Below, in pieces: positions 35,755 through 44,182 of a stretch of DNA of 64,000 bases (position 1 is the first letter of the stretch; every line of letters starts with the position of its first letter). The stretch spans positions 220 through 64,219 of the forward strand of contig MGTO01000065.1 in the NCBI GenBank assembly GCA_001799485.1, given 5' to 3'. The notes under the pieces were generated by a model. The model was not told the origin of the DNA. It made no database searches and was given only the letters and a program-made list of their open reading frames with translations. The DNA comes from Desulfuromonadales bacterium GWC2_61_20. Its GTDB lineage: Bacteria > Desulfobacterota > Desulfuromonadia > Desulfuromonadales > UBA2197. The position numbers and the translations under genes were made by a program.

Positions 35755-36413
35755 CGCGTCCCTCCTAGACCGGCATTGGTCTGCAACGCGTCCCCGGAGT
35801 GGATGTTTTTATGCATCCGGGCGTAGCGCTCTTGATCGAGGTCGGTTTCCACCTCGTCGGGGTTGGCGGCGGCCCCCTGCCGGGACAGGACGGCGCGAAC
35901 GGTCAGGAGCAGAATCTTCAGGTCGAGAATGATGGATTGGTGTTCGACGTACCAGACATCGAGGGCGAGACGCGCGTTCCAGGGGAGAAAGTTGCGGCCA
36001 TGCACTTGCGCCCAGCCGGTGATGCCGGGGCGCACGTCGTGCCGCCGCCGCTCCCGTGCGGTGTAATACGGCAGGTAGCGCATCAGCAGCGGCCGGGGGC
36101 CGACCAGACTCATCTCTCCCTTGAGCACATTGAACAGTTCCGGTAGTTCATCCAGGCTGGATTGACGCAAAAAAGCGCCGAACGGAGTCAGGCGGGCGCC
36201 GTCGGGCAAAAGATAGCCGGCGGCATCACGCGCGTCCGTCATGGTGCGGAACTTGAGGATCGCGAAGGGGCGCCCATGCAGGCCCGGTCGCTGCTGGCGA
36301 AAGAGGACTCCCCGGCCCAGCTGGTTGCGAATCAGCCAGGCCAAAGCCGTCAGCAGTGGTGCCAACAGGAACAGCAGCAGGACACTGACGATCAAGTCAA
36401 ACAGTCGTTTCAT
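35751..36413 (-). CDS. Initiating polyprenyl-phosphate sugar-phosphate transferase (small PglC/WbaP C-terminal type)
   Basis: Internal ATG at 36411-36413. MKRLFDLIVSVLLLFLLAPLL, RPFAILKFRTM, SLDELPELFNVLKGEMSLVGPRP, PGITGWAQV. Confidence 0.9.
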   Translation of the reverse strand: MKRLFDLIVSVLLLFLLAPLLTALAWLIRNQLGRGVLFRQQRPGLHGRPFAILKFRTMTDARDAAGYLLPDGARLTPFGAFLRQSSLDELPELFNVLKGEMSLVGPRPLLMRYLPYYTARERRRHDVRPGITGWAQVHGRNFLPWNARLALDVWYVEHQSIILDLKILLLTVRAVLSRQGAAANPDEVETDLDQERYARMHKNIHSGDALQTNAGLGGTR

Positions 36414-37530
36414 GGAGGAGTCCCAGTGATTGAAGAATGCTGCGGTTGACCTCGCGTACATCGAACTTTGCCTCGGCCAGGCGGCGGCTGGCATTGCCCA
36501 TGGTGGCGACAGACGCCGGATCGTGAATGAAACGTTCCATGGACGCGGCCAGTTGCACGGGATCGTGAACCGGAACCAGATAACCGTTCTTGCCGGGCTG
36601 GACGGTTTCGCGGCAGCCGGGGGTGTCCGTGGTAACGATCGGACGCCCCATGGCCATCGCTTCGAGGATCGAACGCGGGATCCCTTCGCCGTAATGGGAC
36701 GGCAGCACATAGACGGAAGCGGCGGCAATCGCCGGGCGGACATCGCCAATCGTGCCGAGATAATCAATCCAACCCTGGCTGACCCAGTGGTCAATCTCGG
36801 CGACCGGTACACCGCGGCTGCTCTTTTCAAGCCCGCCGACAAGATAGAATTTAGCCTGGGGATAACGTGATTTGAGTTGCCTGGCCGCCTCGGCGTAGTA
36901 GCAGATTCCTTTGGCACGCAGCAGCCTGGCAATGAGCAAAAAGGAGGCATTGGCGGGCAAGGGAGCAGGCACATAGTAATCTAGATCGACGCCGGAGCCG
37001 TTGATCAGGGTCGGATGATTCGAGGTCGTAACGATGCCATAGTCGATAAAGAGACGCAGGTCGTCCGGATTCTGAAAAAAGACGACCCGATTCGAACGGA
37101 GTCCGAGCCGGTAGAGCGATTTGGCCAATTGACAGGTCAGGCGCTGCCATGGCGTTGCCGTGCTGAAACTGCTGCCGCGTCCGGTAATCATTGAACTGAT
37201 GGTGCCGACACGAGCCAATGTCGCGCCGAGAGATCCATAGATAATCGGCTTGATGGTGTAGCTGAGAACGACATCGGGACGCTGGCGCTGGAAAAGGCGG
37301 GTCAGGGACCAGAGACTGTAGAGGTCCTGCAAGGGGTTGAGACCGGTTCGGTTGAGGGGCAGTCCCTGGAAGCGGACACCGAGCCGCAGCAAATCGTTGC
37401 GGAGAGCAGTCGACCCATTGGGTGCGCAGGCCACAACTTCATGACCCATTTGGGCCATATCCTCGAGAAGGCGCCCGCGAAAACCGATCAGAGATTCCGC
37501 CAGACTGCCGATTAGCATGACTCTAGCCAT
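36397..37530 (-). CDS. Glycosyltransferase family 4 (GT-B)
   Basis: ATG at 37528-37530. C-terminal LPSHYGEGIPRSILEAMAMGRPIVTTDTPGCRETV matches the GT4 E-x7-E region. Confidence 0.85.
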   Translation of the reverse strand: MARVMLIGSLAESLIGFRGRLLEDMAQMGHEVVACAPNGSTALRNDLLRLGVRFQGLPLNRTGLNPLQDLYSLWSLTRLFQRQRPDVVLSYTIKPIIYGSLGATLARVGTISSMITGRGSSFSTATPWQRLTCQLAKSLYRLGLRSNRVVFFQNPDDLRLFIDYGIVTTSNHPTLINGSGVDLDYYVPAPLPANASFLLIARLLRAKGICYYAEAARQLKSRYPQAKFYLVGGLEKSSRGVPVAEIDHWVSQGWIDYLGTIGDVRPAIAAASVYVLPSHYGEGIPRSILEAMAMGRPIVTTDTPGCRETVQPGKNGYLVPVHDPVQLAASMERFIHDPASVATMGNASRRLAEAKFDVREVNRSILQSLGLLHETTV

Positions 37531-37953
37531 ATGCAACTCGCCGCCAGGACAGGATGCCAGTTGGTGCACTCTAATGTTTAGTTGATTTTAAAGGACTAGT
37601 CCCGTGCGACAATTCAACGTCGGCATGAATCAAACAAAGAATAAGTTTGATGGGCCGCATGGACTAAAGTTTGAATTTCAGTCACGCCCCGAACCCGGCC
37701 GAAATACGCCGGCACAGGCAGGGTGCGCGTCGGCAGGAAGGGCATTGACGGGGGAATGTGGCCGATGGCAAAGTTGGCCGCAGTGAAGCTTCGGAGCCCT
37801 GGGCGAGAAGATAAGGAAGGCGTGCGGGGTGCGGCAGAAGTGGTTGGGCTTAACAGCTGCGGCAGCGGCAGCAACCACAACTTCGGTTTCCCCTCCCGCC
37901 ACTGGCGGCAGAAGGCCTCGGTTGGACAAACACCACCGCCGGTGAAAACAAAA

Positions 37954-39135
37954 TCAGTACGTTGCTGCAGCGGCCCCTGCTTTTTTCTTCCCCCCCATGG
38001 TGGCCGCAAATAGATCGAAATAGAGTTTTTCGTAACTGGCGACAACCGCCTCCAGGGAAAACTGTTCGCGTATGCGCTGACGCCCCCTTTCGCCGAGCAG
38101 CCGGCGCTGACCCTCGCCCATCAGGGCCAGGTGCTCCCAGGCGGCGGCCAGGGCCTGCGGATTTCGCGCCGGGACCACGACCCCGGTATCTCCAACCAGC
38201 AGCGCCGAGTCACCGACATCGGTGACCACACAGGGGACCTGACACGCCATCGCTTCGCCGACGGCATTGGGGAAACCTTCGCCGAGGGACGACGACGTGG
38301 CGATATCGACGGCCGAGAGCAGCCGCGGGATGTCGTCCCGGCGGCCGAGCAATGAGACCTTGTCGGCAAGCCCTGCCTGCTGAATCCACTCCACCAGTAT
38401 CCGGTTGTCCCACTGCACCTCATCCCCCGCCAGCAAGAAACGCAGACCAGGATATCGGGTGGCGAAGCGGGCCGCTGCCTGGATGAAGTTGCGGTGATCC
38501 TTTTGCGGGTGGAAACGCCCCACCAGTCCGATGACCAAGGTTTGCTCGGCGATCCCCAACTCGTCCCGGATCTCCCGGCGAGCCTGCGTCTGCCGGGAGA
38601 GTTTCCCCAGATCGAAGCCGTTGGGGATGACCTCGAACCGGCGCTCCGCATAACCGAACTGCACATGGCTCTGCCGGGCGGCCTCGGCACAACAGATAAT
38701 CTTGGCCGGTAGCCACCCGGACAGGTGGGCGCAGGCTTTGGCCGTCAGCAGGGTCGTCCGGCGATTGACCTGCGGTTCGAGGTTGCTGTGGCGGATGTTC
38801 CAGACCACCGGCGCCCGTCCGGCCAGGCGCGCAGCGATCCCGCCGAAGAGGTCGGCGTGATAGAGCCAGGTCTGGATGATATGGGGGGGATCGGCCCGCA
38901 GTTGCCGCACCAGACGCAGCAACGCCAGCGGTCCGTCGAGATGCGAGCGCACCCCGAGAACCCGTACCGGCACCTCGATCTCCGCGAACTGCCGGGCCAT
39001 CGGCACCTGATCGATGAGCGTGGTGACGACCGGCTCGAAGCGCTCCCGGTCGATGCGGCCGAGAAGACGCAGCAGCATGTTCTGCGCCCCTTGGGGAGCG
39101 AGGGAATTGATGATGCAGTGGAGCCGGATCCTCAT
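37954..39135 (-). CDS. Glycosyltransferase family 4 (GT-B)
   Basis: ATG at 39133-39135 (ATGA overlap with upstream stop). SSSLGEGFPNAVGEAMACQVPCVVTDVGDSALLV. Confidence 0.85.
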   Translation of the reverse strand: MRIRLHCIINSLAPQGAQNMLLRLLGRIDRERFEPVVTTLIDQVPMARQFAEIEVPVRVLGVRSHLDGPLALLRLVRQLRADPPHIIQTWLYHADLFGGIAARLAGRAPVVWNIRHSNLEPQVNRRTTLLTAKACAHLSGWLPAKIICCAEAARQSHVQFGYAERRFEVIPNGFDLGKLSRQTQARREIRDELGIAEQTLVIGLVGRFHPQKDHRNFIQAAARFATRYPGLRFLLAGDEVQWDNRILVEWIQQAGLADKVSLLGRRDDIPRLLSAVDIATSSSLGEGFPNAVGEAMACQVPCVVTDVGDSALLVGDTGVVVPARNPQALAAAWEHLALMGEGQRRLLGERGRQRIREQFSLEAVVASYEKLYFDLFAATMGGKKKAGAAAATY

Positions 39136-40337
39136 GTCTTGCCATCCCAGCACGGATGCGGCTTGGCCGTTTCAAGGATTGGGTGGGAGGAAGTCCATGC
39201 CGGGGGGAAAAAGAACCTTAGATAGTCCTGAAGTATCCGGTCAACATGGTAGTTTGCGGCCCGCTCCATCAACCGCATTTTGCTTGCAGCAGACGGCGGG
39301 CAGGTCAGGAGCGACACCATGGCCGCCGCCATCGCATCGGTATCGCCGATGGCGACAAGCGGTCCGAAGTTGCCCTGATCGAGGATTTCCGCCGGCCCGC
39401 TGGGACAGTCGGTGGCAATCACCGCAGTGCCGAGGGCCATCGCCTGGATCAGCACATTGGGCAGACCTTCATGGCGCGACGACAAGACCAGCAGCCGCGC
39501 CTGGCGCATGTAGGGGAAGGGGTTGGGGACGAAACCGGGCAGGGCGACGGCCTCGCCGAGGCCCAGTTCCGCCACCAGTTGTTGCAGAGCTTGCCGCTCC
39601 GGGCCTTCGCCAAGGATCATCAGACGGCACTCCAGTTGACGCCGGACGAGGGCGAAGGACTTGATCAGGGTATCAAAATCTTTCTGCGGCGCCAGCCGTC
39701 CGACCCCGAGAATCACGGGTAGTGCGCCGGAATGGAACCAGGGATGCTCGAGGGCAGCGTCGGCCATGGCGAGAAGGTCCCGGGTGACGACCGGGTTATT
39801 GATGACTTTCAGCAGTCGCGGATTGAGCCGCAACAGCGCCTGCAGATCGCTGGCAACCCCTGCGGAGACGGCGATGATGCCGTCAGCCCGAGGATAGATC
39901 AGCCGGGCCAGTGTAACGGCTTTCCAGGCCCCCCAGGGCGGGAGGGTCCGCAGCGTTTCCGACAGAGTCGCAGCTTCGCGCACGAAGACTCGTACCGGGG
40001 AGCGGGCCAGCATTCGGGCGAGAAGAACCACAATATTGGCCCGAAACGGCGTGGACAGGAAGACCTGCGGACGATGGGCGCGCAGGTAGCGGACCAGGCC
40101 GGGGAGACAGGTAAGCACGCGCCCCCTGGCGAGATCGATGATACGGACCTGCGCCGCAACCTGGGGCAGATACGGTCCAGTGGCGTTGGCGAGCAGGAGA
40201 TCGACCCGGAATCCGGCATCGAGCAGCCCGCCGGCGAGATTGAGCATGGCCCTCTCCGCGCCACCACCACCGAGACTCGGCATGAACAGGGCGATATGCT
40301 TGTCACCCGCCGAGGGGTCAGGCCCGCAGGCGCTCAC
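39132..40337 (-). CDS. Glycosyltransferase family 4 (GT-B)
   Basis: IALFMPSLGGGGAERAMLNLAGGL N-terminus. SSRHEGLPNVLIQAMALGTAVIATDCPSGPAEIL. Start uncertain: GTG 40335-40337 (20-nt overlap with upstream gene) or the ATG of MPSLGGGG. Confidence 0.75.
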   Translation of the reverse strand: MSACGPDPSAGDKHIALFMPSLGGGGAERAMLNLAGGLLDAGFRVDLLLANATGPYLPQVAAQVRIIDLARGRVLTCLPGLVRYLRAHRPQVFLSTPFRANIVVLLARMLARSPVRVFVREAATLSETLRTLPPWGAWKAVTLARLIYPRADGIIAVSAGVASDLQALLRLNPRLLKVINNPVVTRDLLAMADAALEHPWFHSGALPVILGVGRLAPQKDFDTLIKSFALVRRQLECRLMILGEGPERQALQQLVAELGLGEAVALPGFVPNPFPYMRQARLLVLSSRHEGLPNVLIQAMALGTAVIATDCPSGPAEILDQGNFGPLVAIGDTDAMAAAMVSLLTCPPSAASKMRLMERAANYHVDRILQDYLRFFFPPAWTSSHPILETAKPHPCWDGKT

Positions 40338-41808
40338 GGGCTCCCTGGTAGACCGTTGCGTAAAGGTATCCACGTGTACTCTCCCAGGCGTCGGAAACCC
40401 GCCGCGGTTCGATGGAAACGCCCTGGATCTTATATTCTTCGGAGAAGAGCGCCAGAGCGCCGAGCCAGGCCACGGTTTCGTCGAGCATATTGACACTCCG
40501 GGTGGTGGCCTGCGGCCAGATACGTGCCAGCCACTTCAGACTGTCGGGATTGAACAGGTTGAGTCGCTGCAAGGCGTCGCTTTTAAGGAGACTCTGCATC
40601 GGGGCTCCGAGATCGTGGCGCAGCCAATGCCCGTATTTATGACTCAGTTTTGTAAACTGGTCCGCCACCGGTGGCGCCCCGTCGAGAGGCAATCCGTTCC
40701 GCGCCCACGGAATTTCTCCGACCTTGCCGGGCAAAGTCGGTAGCAACCGGGCGTAGTGGTGATCCCCGCGTGTCTTGAATTCCAGACTCCACATCAGTGC
40801 GCAGGTTTCCGGCGCGGTAAAAAGCTGAAAGAAAGGGATATGTTCCGCTATCAGCGCCAAGGGACCCTGGTTGCGGCGGCGCATGTAGTGCAACTGCTGT
40901 TCGATCTCCCGATACTGCGCCTCCGTGCGGTCGGGAATATGTGCCCGATAGCCATAAATCTCCCGCTGCAATGCCCGGTCAAGGCCACTGCTGACAGCGG
41001 TGCGCAGGAGTCCGAGTTTGTCCACACGCCGTGTCAGCAACGGTTTGAGGTTCCAGACCCGCTTACCGGAGAATTCGGCGCGCCCGATGCTGTCACCATA
41101 GCTGCCGGCGACTATGGCATCGATGCCGTCGAGACGCAGAACCTGGCTCATGGCATGGAGATGAAACGGGGCAAACTCGGCACCCATTCTGGCCCCCAGG
41201 TGAATGTTTTCCCAGAGCTGTTCCGGTTCCAGTTTGAGACGAACCCAATCCCAGTCGTAACGTCGGGCAATTTCCTTGGCGTAGACGATATCGCGACAGT
41301 CGTCCAGCCCCCAGGTGATGGCGATGACGTCTCCGCCGTAGTCCCCGGTTTCCTGGAGTTCGCGCAGCGTGCCGGCGACAATCCTGCTGTCCAGCCCGCC
41401 GGAGAGCAACAACCCTATCCGTTTACGCCCCGCAACGTAACCGAGCATCTCCCGGTGCAGGGCCGCCTTGAGTTCTCTGGCGACCGCTTCCGGCTCACGC
41501 TCGGCATTGCCATGGCACGGGACGCCGGCATACCGCCAGCCGCCATTGCCGTCGGGGGCGCCCAGCCAGGGGCTCCGGCGAATCCCCTGTACCATGGTGG
41601 TATTCCCGGGCAGATACCCCTTGCAGAGAAAACCGAGAGCGCCCAACGGATCGACTTTGCGCTCGACCGGGGACATCGTCTGCAGGATGCCACCGATCCC
41701 GGTACTGAACGCCGTCGGTTGCCGGACATGGTAATACGGATAGAGACTGCCGATATGGGCATAGGTATCGAACCAGGATGCCGCCGGAACCGTGACGTCA
41801 TGTAACAT
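40318..41808 (-). CDS. Asparagine-synthetase-like adenylating (PP-loop) protein lacking the N-terminal glutaminase domain
   Basis: ATG at 41806-41808, 6 nt after AAAGGAGG. Begins MLHDVT (no Cys2 nucleophile). PP-loop RIGLLLSGGLDSRIVAG. 496 aa. Confidence 0.7.
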   Translation of the reverse strand: MLHDVTVPAASWFDTYAHIGSLYPYYHVRQPTAFSTGIGGILQTMSPVERKVDPLGALGFLCKGYLPGNTTMVQGIRRSPWLGAPDGNGGWRYAGVPCHGNAEREPEAVARELKAALHREMLGYVAGRKRIGLLLSGGLDSRIVAGTLRELQETGDYGGDVIAITWGLDDCRDIVYAKEIARRYDWDWVRLKLEPEQLWENIHLGARMGAEFAPFHLHAMSQVLRLDGIDAIVAGSYGDSIGRAEFSGKRVWNLKPLLTRRVDKLGLLRTAVSSGLDRALQREIYGYRAHIPDRTEAQYREIEQQLHYMRRRNQGPLALIAEHIPFFQLFTAPETCALMWSLEFKTRGDHHYARLLPTLPGKVGEIPWARNGLPLDGAPPVADQFTKLSHKYGHWLRHDLGAPMQSLLKSDALQRLNLFNPDSLKWLARIWPQATTRSVNMLDETVAWLGALALFSEEYKIQGVSIEPRRVSDAWESTRGYLYATVYQGARERLRA

Positions 41809-41834
41809 CGCAACCTCCTTTTTTCGCGTCCTCC

Positions 41835-43010
41835 TTACACAACAGCCAGGGCAGCAAGCTTGCGCCGCAGTGTCGGGTGCCGACTCATGCCCTGCCTGAG
41901 AAAATCGAGATAGGTCTGCTCTAGCCGCCGCACCGCCACCGGCATACTGAAGGTCCTTTCGACCATAACCCGCGATGCGCCGCCGAACTTGCGGCGAAGC
42001 GCAGCATCGCTTAACAGCAGTTTCAACTTCGCAGCCAGTGCCCCGACATCGCCGCGGGGGACGACGAAACCATTAACCCCCTCCGCGATGACCTGCCCCA
42101 GGGACGTGCACTGCGTGGAGATGATCGGCCGCGACGCCCGCATCGCTTCGAGGAGGGCATTGGGACACCCCTCCGAATCACTGGTCAGGACGACGACGTC
42201 CATGACTTCATAAGCCGCCTCGACATCGTCACGCTGGCCCAGCATACGGACACAGTCATCGAGCTGGAGCGCGGTGATCTTGCGGGCGATATCTTCACGC
42301 GCCGGGCCGTCGCCGATGATCCAGTAGTCGGCAGCGACCCCTTCGTCACGCAGCCGCGCGGCGGCCTGCAGGAACAGGGTGTGGTTCTTCACCGGATGGA
42401 GCCGCGCGACCAGGCCGATCACCGGGCGGTCCCGTTTCAATGCCAGGTAGAACGGCACTTGCCGTGCCAGCACGGTTCGATCCAGCTCCAGGTCGAGGCC
42501 GTTTTCCACCACAGCCACCGGGCTGAAGCGATTCAGGTACATTTTGTCGAGGGCATACTGCTTGAGTGCCTCGGAGTTGACGATCCAGCCGGCACAGGCG
42601 AGGTTCATCCCCGAATAGACGAAAGGCCAGAGTCCGTTCAAGCCATCCTTCCCCAGCAGACCGCCGAGCACCACGGGAACTCCGACCACCAGCGCCGGCA
42701 GCCGCCCGTAGAGATTGGCTGACGCGGACCAGGCATGGACCAGGTCGAAACGCTTGCTGCGCATGAAGTTGACCGCCTCGCGCAAGTAGGCGTTGCGATT
42801 CCAGGTCGGGCGCCCGAGAAATCTGACCGGTACACCCTGTCGTTCGAGTTCGAACCTGGGCGGGCCGACCTTGTGATTGTAGTAGATCACCTCAAGGTCG
42901 AAGAGCGCCGGGTCGAGCCGGGGCAACATGCGGGCGGCCTGCATCTCCGCCCCGCCAACGCGGAGGGAGCCACAGACGACAAGCAATTTGATCGGTTCGG
43001 CGCAAGACAT
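41835..43010 (-). CDS. Glycosyltransferase family 4 (GT-B)
   Basis: ATG at 43008-43010. VVCGSLRVGGAEMQAARM. TSDSEGCPNALLEAMRASRPIISTQCTSLGQVI. Confidence 0.85.
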   Translation of the reverse strand: MSCAEPIKLLVVCGSLRVGGAEMQAARMLPRLDPALFDLEVIYYNHKVGPPRFELERQGVPVRFLGRPTWNRNAYLREAVNFMRSKRFDLVHAWSASANLYGRLPALVVGVPVVLGGLLGKDGLNGLWPFVYSGMNLACAGWIVNSEALKQYALDKMYLNRFSPVAVVENGLDLELDRTVLARQVPFYLALKRDRPVIGLVARLHPVKNHTLFLQAAARLRDEGVAADYWIIGDGPAREDIARKITALQLDDCVRMLGQRDDVEAAYEVMDVVVLTSDSEGCPNALLEAMRASRPIISTQCTSLGQVIAEGVNGFVVPRGDVGALAAKLKLLLSDAALRRKFGGASRVMVERTFSMPVAVRRLEQTYLDFLRQGMSRHPTLRRKLAALAVV

Positions 43011-44180
43011 TTACGCCCCCTGCATGGCAAAGCGTTTTTCCAGGGTCGCCACCGCCAGAATGCAGCCATAGTTGAAGGGGGCGAAGACACTGGTGAACTG
43101 CAGCGCCAAAAAGATGAAGAACATGACCAGACCTTCTGTTCGCATGGTCGCCGGCAGCTGTTGGTTGAAGGCAAGCGAACGGGTCCGGACCGTCACCCAG
43201 ACCACCCATGCGGTATAGACCAACGCACAGAATCCGCCGTAAGCCAGATGCAGCCAGAGAAAGGCGCTGTGCGGCTGCAACCCCTCCAGCGTGTAGGCAT
43301 TCGGCGTGCCGTAGCCGGCCATCAAGGTGTCGACCATGTCCTGGGGAGCGGTTGCCCAGTAATCGACGCGACTGCTCTCCAGCCCGAGACGGAAGAGGAA
43401 CCCGCCCACTATTTCCATAATTTCGGCACTGAAGATAACGGCGATCCCGAGGATGAGCGTGGCGAGCAAAACGGCTTCGAGCTTGCGGGCCTGGGTGCCC
43501 AGGACCGTCACCAGATAAACGCAAAGCCCGAAGGCCAGCAGAATCAAGCCCTGGCGGGACAAGGTCAGCAGCACCACTCCCATCAGGCCAATGGCGACAA
43601 TCATGATGCATGCTGAGGCCAGACGACCGCAGCGCAGGCCGAGGAAGAGCAAGGATATTCCCGCGATCAGGGCGATCTGAGCCAGGTCGTTGGGGTTGCC
43701 AAACATCGTCCCCACCGTGCCGGATTCGAGCCCGAGGCGCTTGACGCCATGCATCCCCGAGTAATAAGTCCCGCCAATGGCAACGGAGAGGAAAACACAC
43801 CCGGACAAGAAGAGCACGCAACGGAGGTGGGCGCCTTCGTCGCGAACGATGTAGCACATCATGAGCAGGATGCTCGTCCAGTAAAGCATGTCGCGTGGGA
43901 CCAGATCGACCAGGTAGAGATCGACGACTGTCGCAATGAGGCTGATCAACGCGGCGAACATGACACTTGCGGGAAGGCGTTCCTGGCGCGCAAAGACGAT
44001 GGCGAGCGTGGCGACACCGGAAAAGAGAATGATCGCGCCCGAAAGTCCGACAACCTTCAGCACTCCCAGCTCGTTGCCGAAGACCCGGGCGCCGAGGGAG
44101 AGATAAAGAAGAATCTCTACCGTCATGCGGAAGGGCCGATCAATTAGAGAGGGATTGCTGTCTCGTTTGCAGGGGAGCAT
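43011..44180 (-). CDS. O-antigen ligase/polymerase-like (Wzy_C) integral membrane protein
   Basis: Internal ATG at 44178-44180, 2 nt after the upstream stop. About 10 TM helices. Central loop LSRQGLILLAFGL... typical of the Wzy/WaaL family. Stop abuts the next start (43010/43011). Confidence 0.65.
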   Translation of the reverse strand: MLPCKRDSNPSLIDRPFRMTVEILLYLSLGARVFGNELGVLKVVGLSGAIILFSGVATLAIVFARQERLPASVMFAALISLIATVVDLYLVDLVPRDMLYWTSILLMMCYIVRDEGAHLRCVLFLSGCVFLSVAIGGTYYSGMHGVKRLGLESGTVGTMFGNPNDLAQIALIAGISLLFLGLRCGRLASACIMIVAIGLMGVVLLTLSRQGLILLAFGLCVYLVTVLGTQARKLEAVLLATLILGIAVIFSAEIMEIVGGFLFRLGLESSRVDYWATAPQDMVDTLMAGYGTPNAYTLEGLQPHSAFLWLHLAYGGFCALVYTAWVVWVTVRTRSLAFNQQLPATMRTEGLVMFFIFLALQFTSVFAPFNYGCILAVATLEKRFAMQGA

Positions 44181-44182
44181 GA

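Noticed and set aside
37678-37929. 83-codon Cys/His-containing ORF in the GT-GT gap, considered as a small metal-binding protein.
   Set aside because: It has a TTG start without an SD and an Ala/Pro-rich composition typical of random GC-rich frames, and I could not recognise a family for it. It is mentioned only under the non-coding-gap finding.
29065-41808. Possibility that the ATP-grasp, radical SAM, AsnB-like and methyltransferase genes form a RiPP (graspetide/lasso/sactipeptide-like) cluster.
   Set aside because: I could find no plausible short precursor-peptide ORF, protease or RiPP recognition element. The genes are interleaved and translationally coupled with an aminotransferase, an initiating sugar transferase, GT4s, Wzx and Wzy. 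A glycan-decoration role is therefore more parsimonious.
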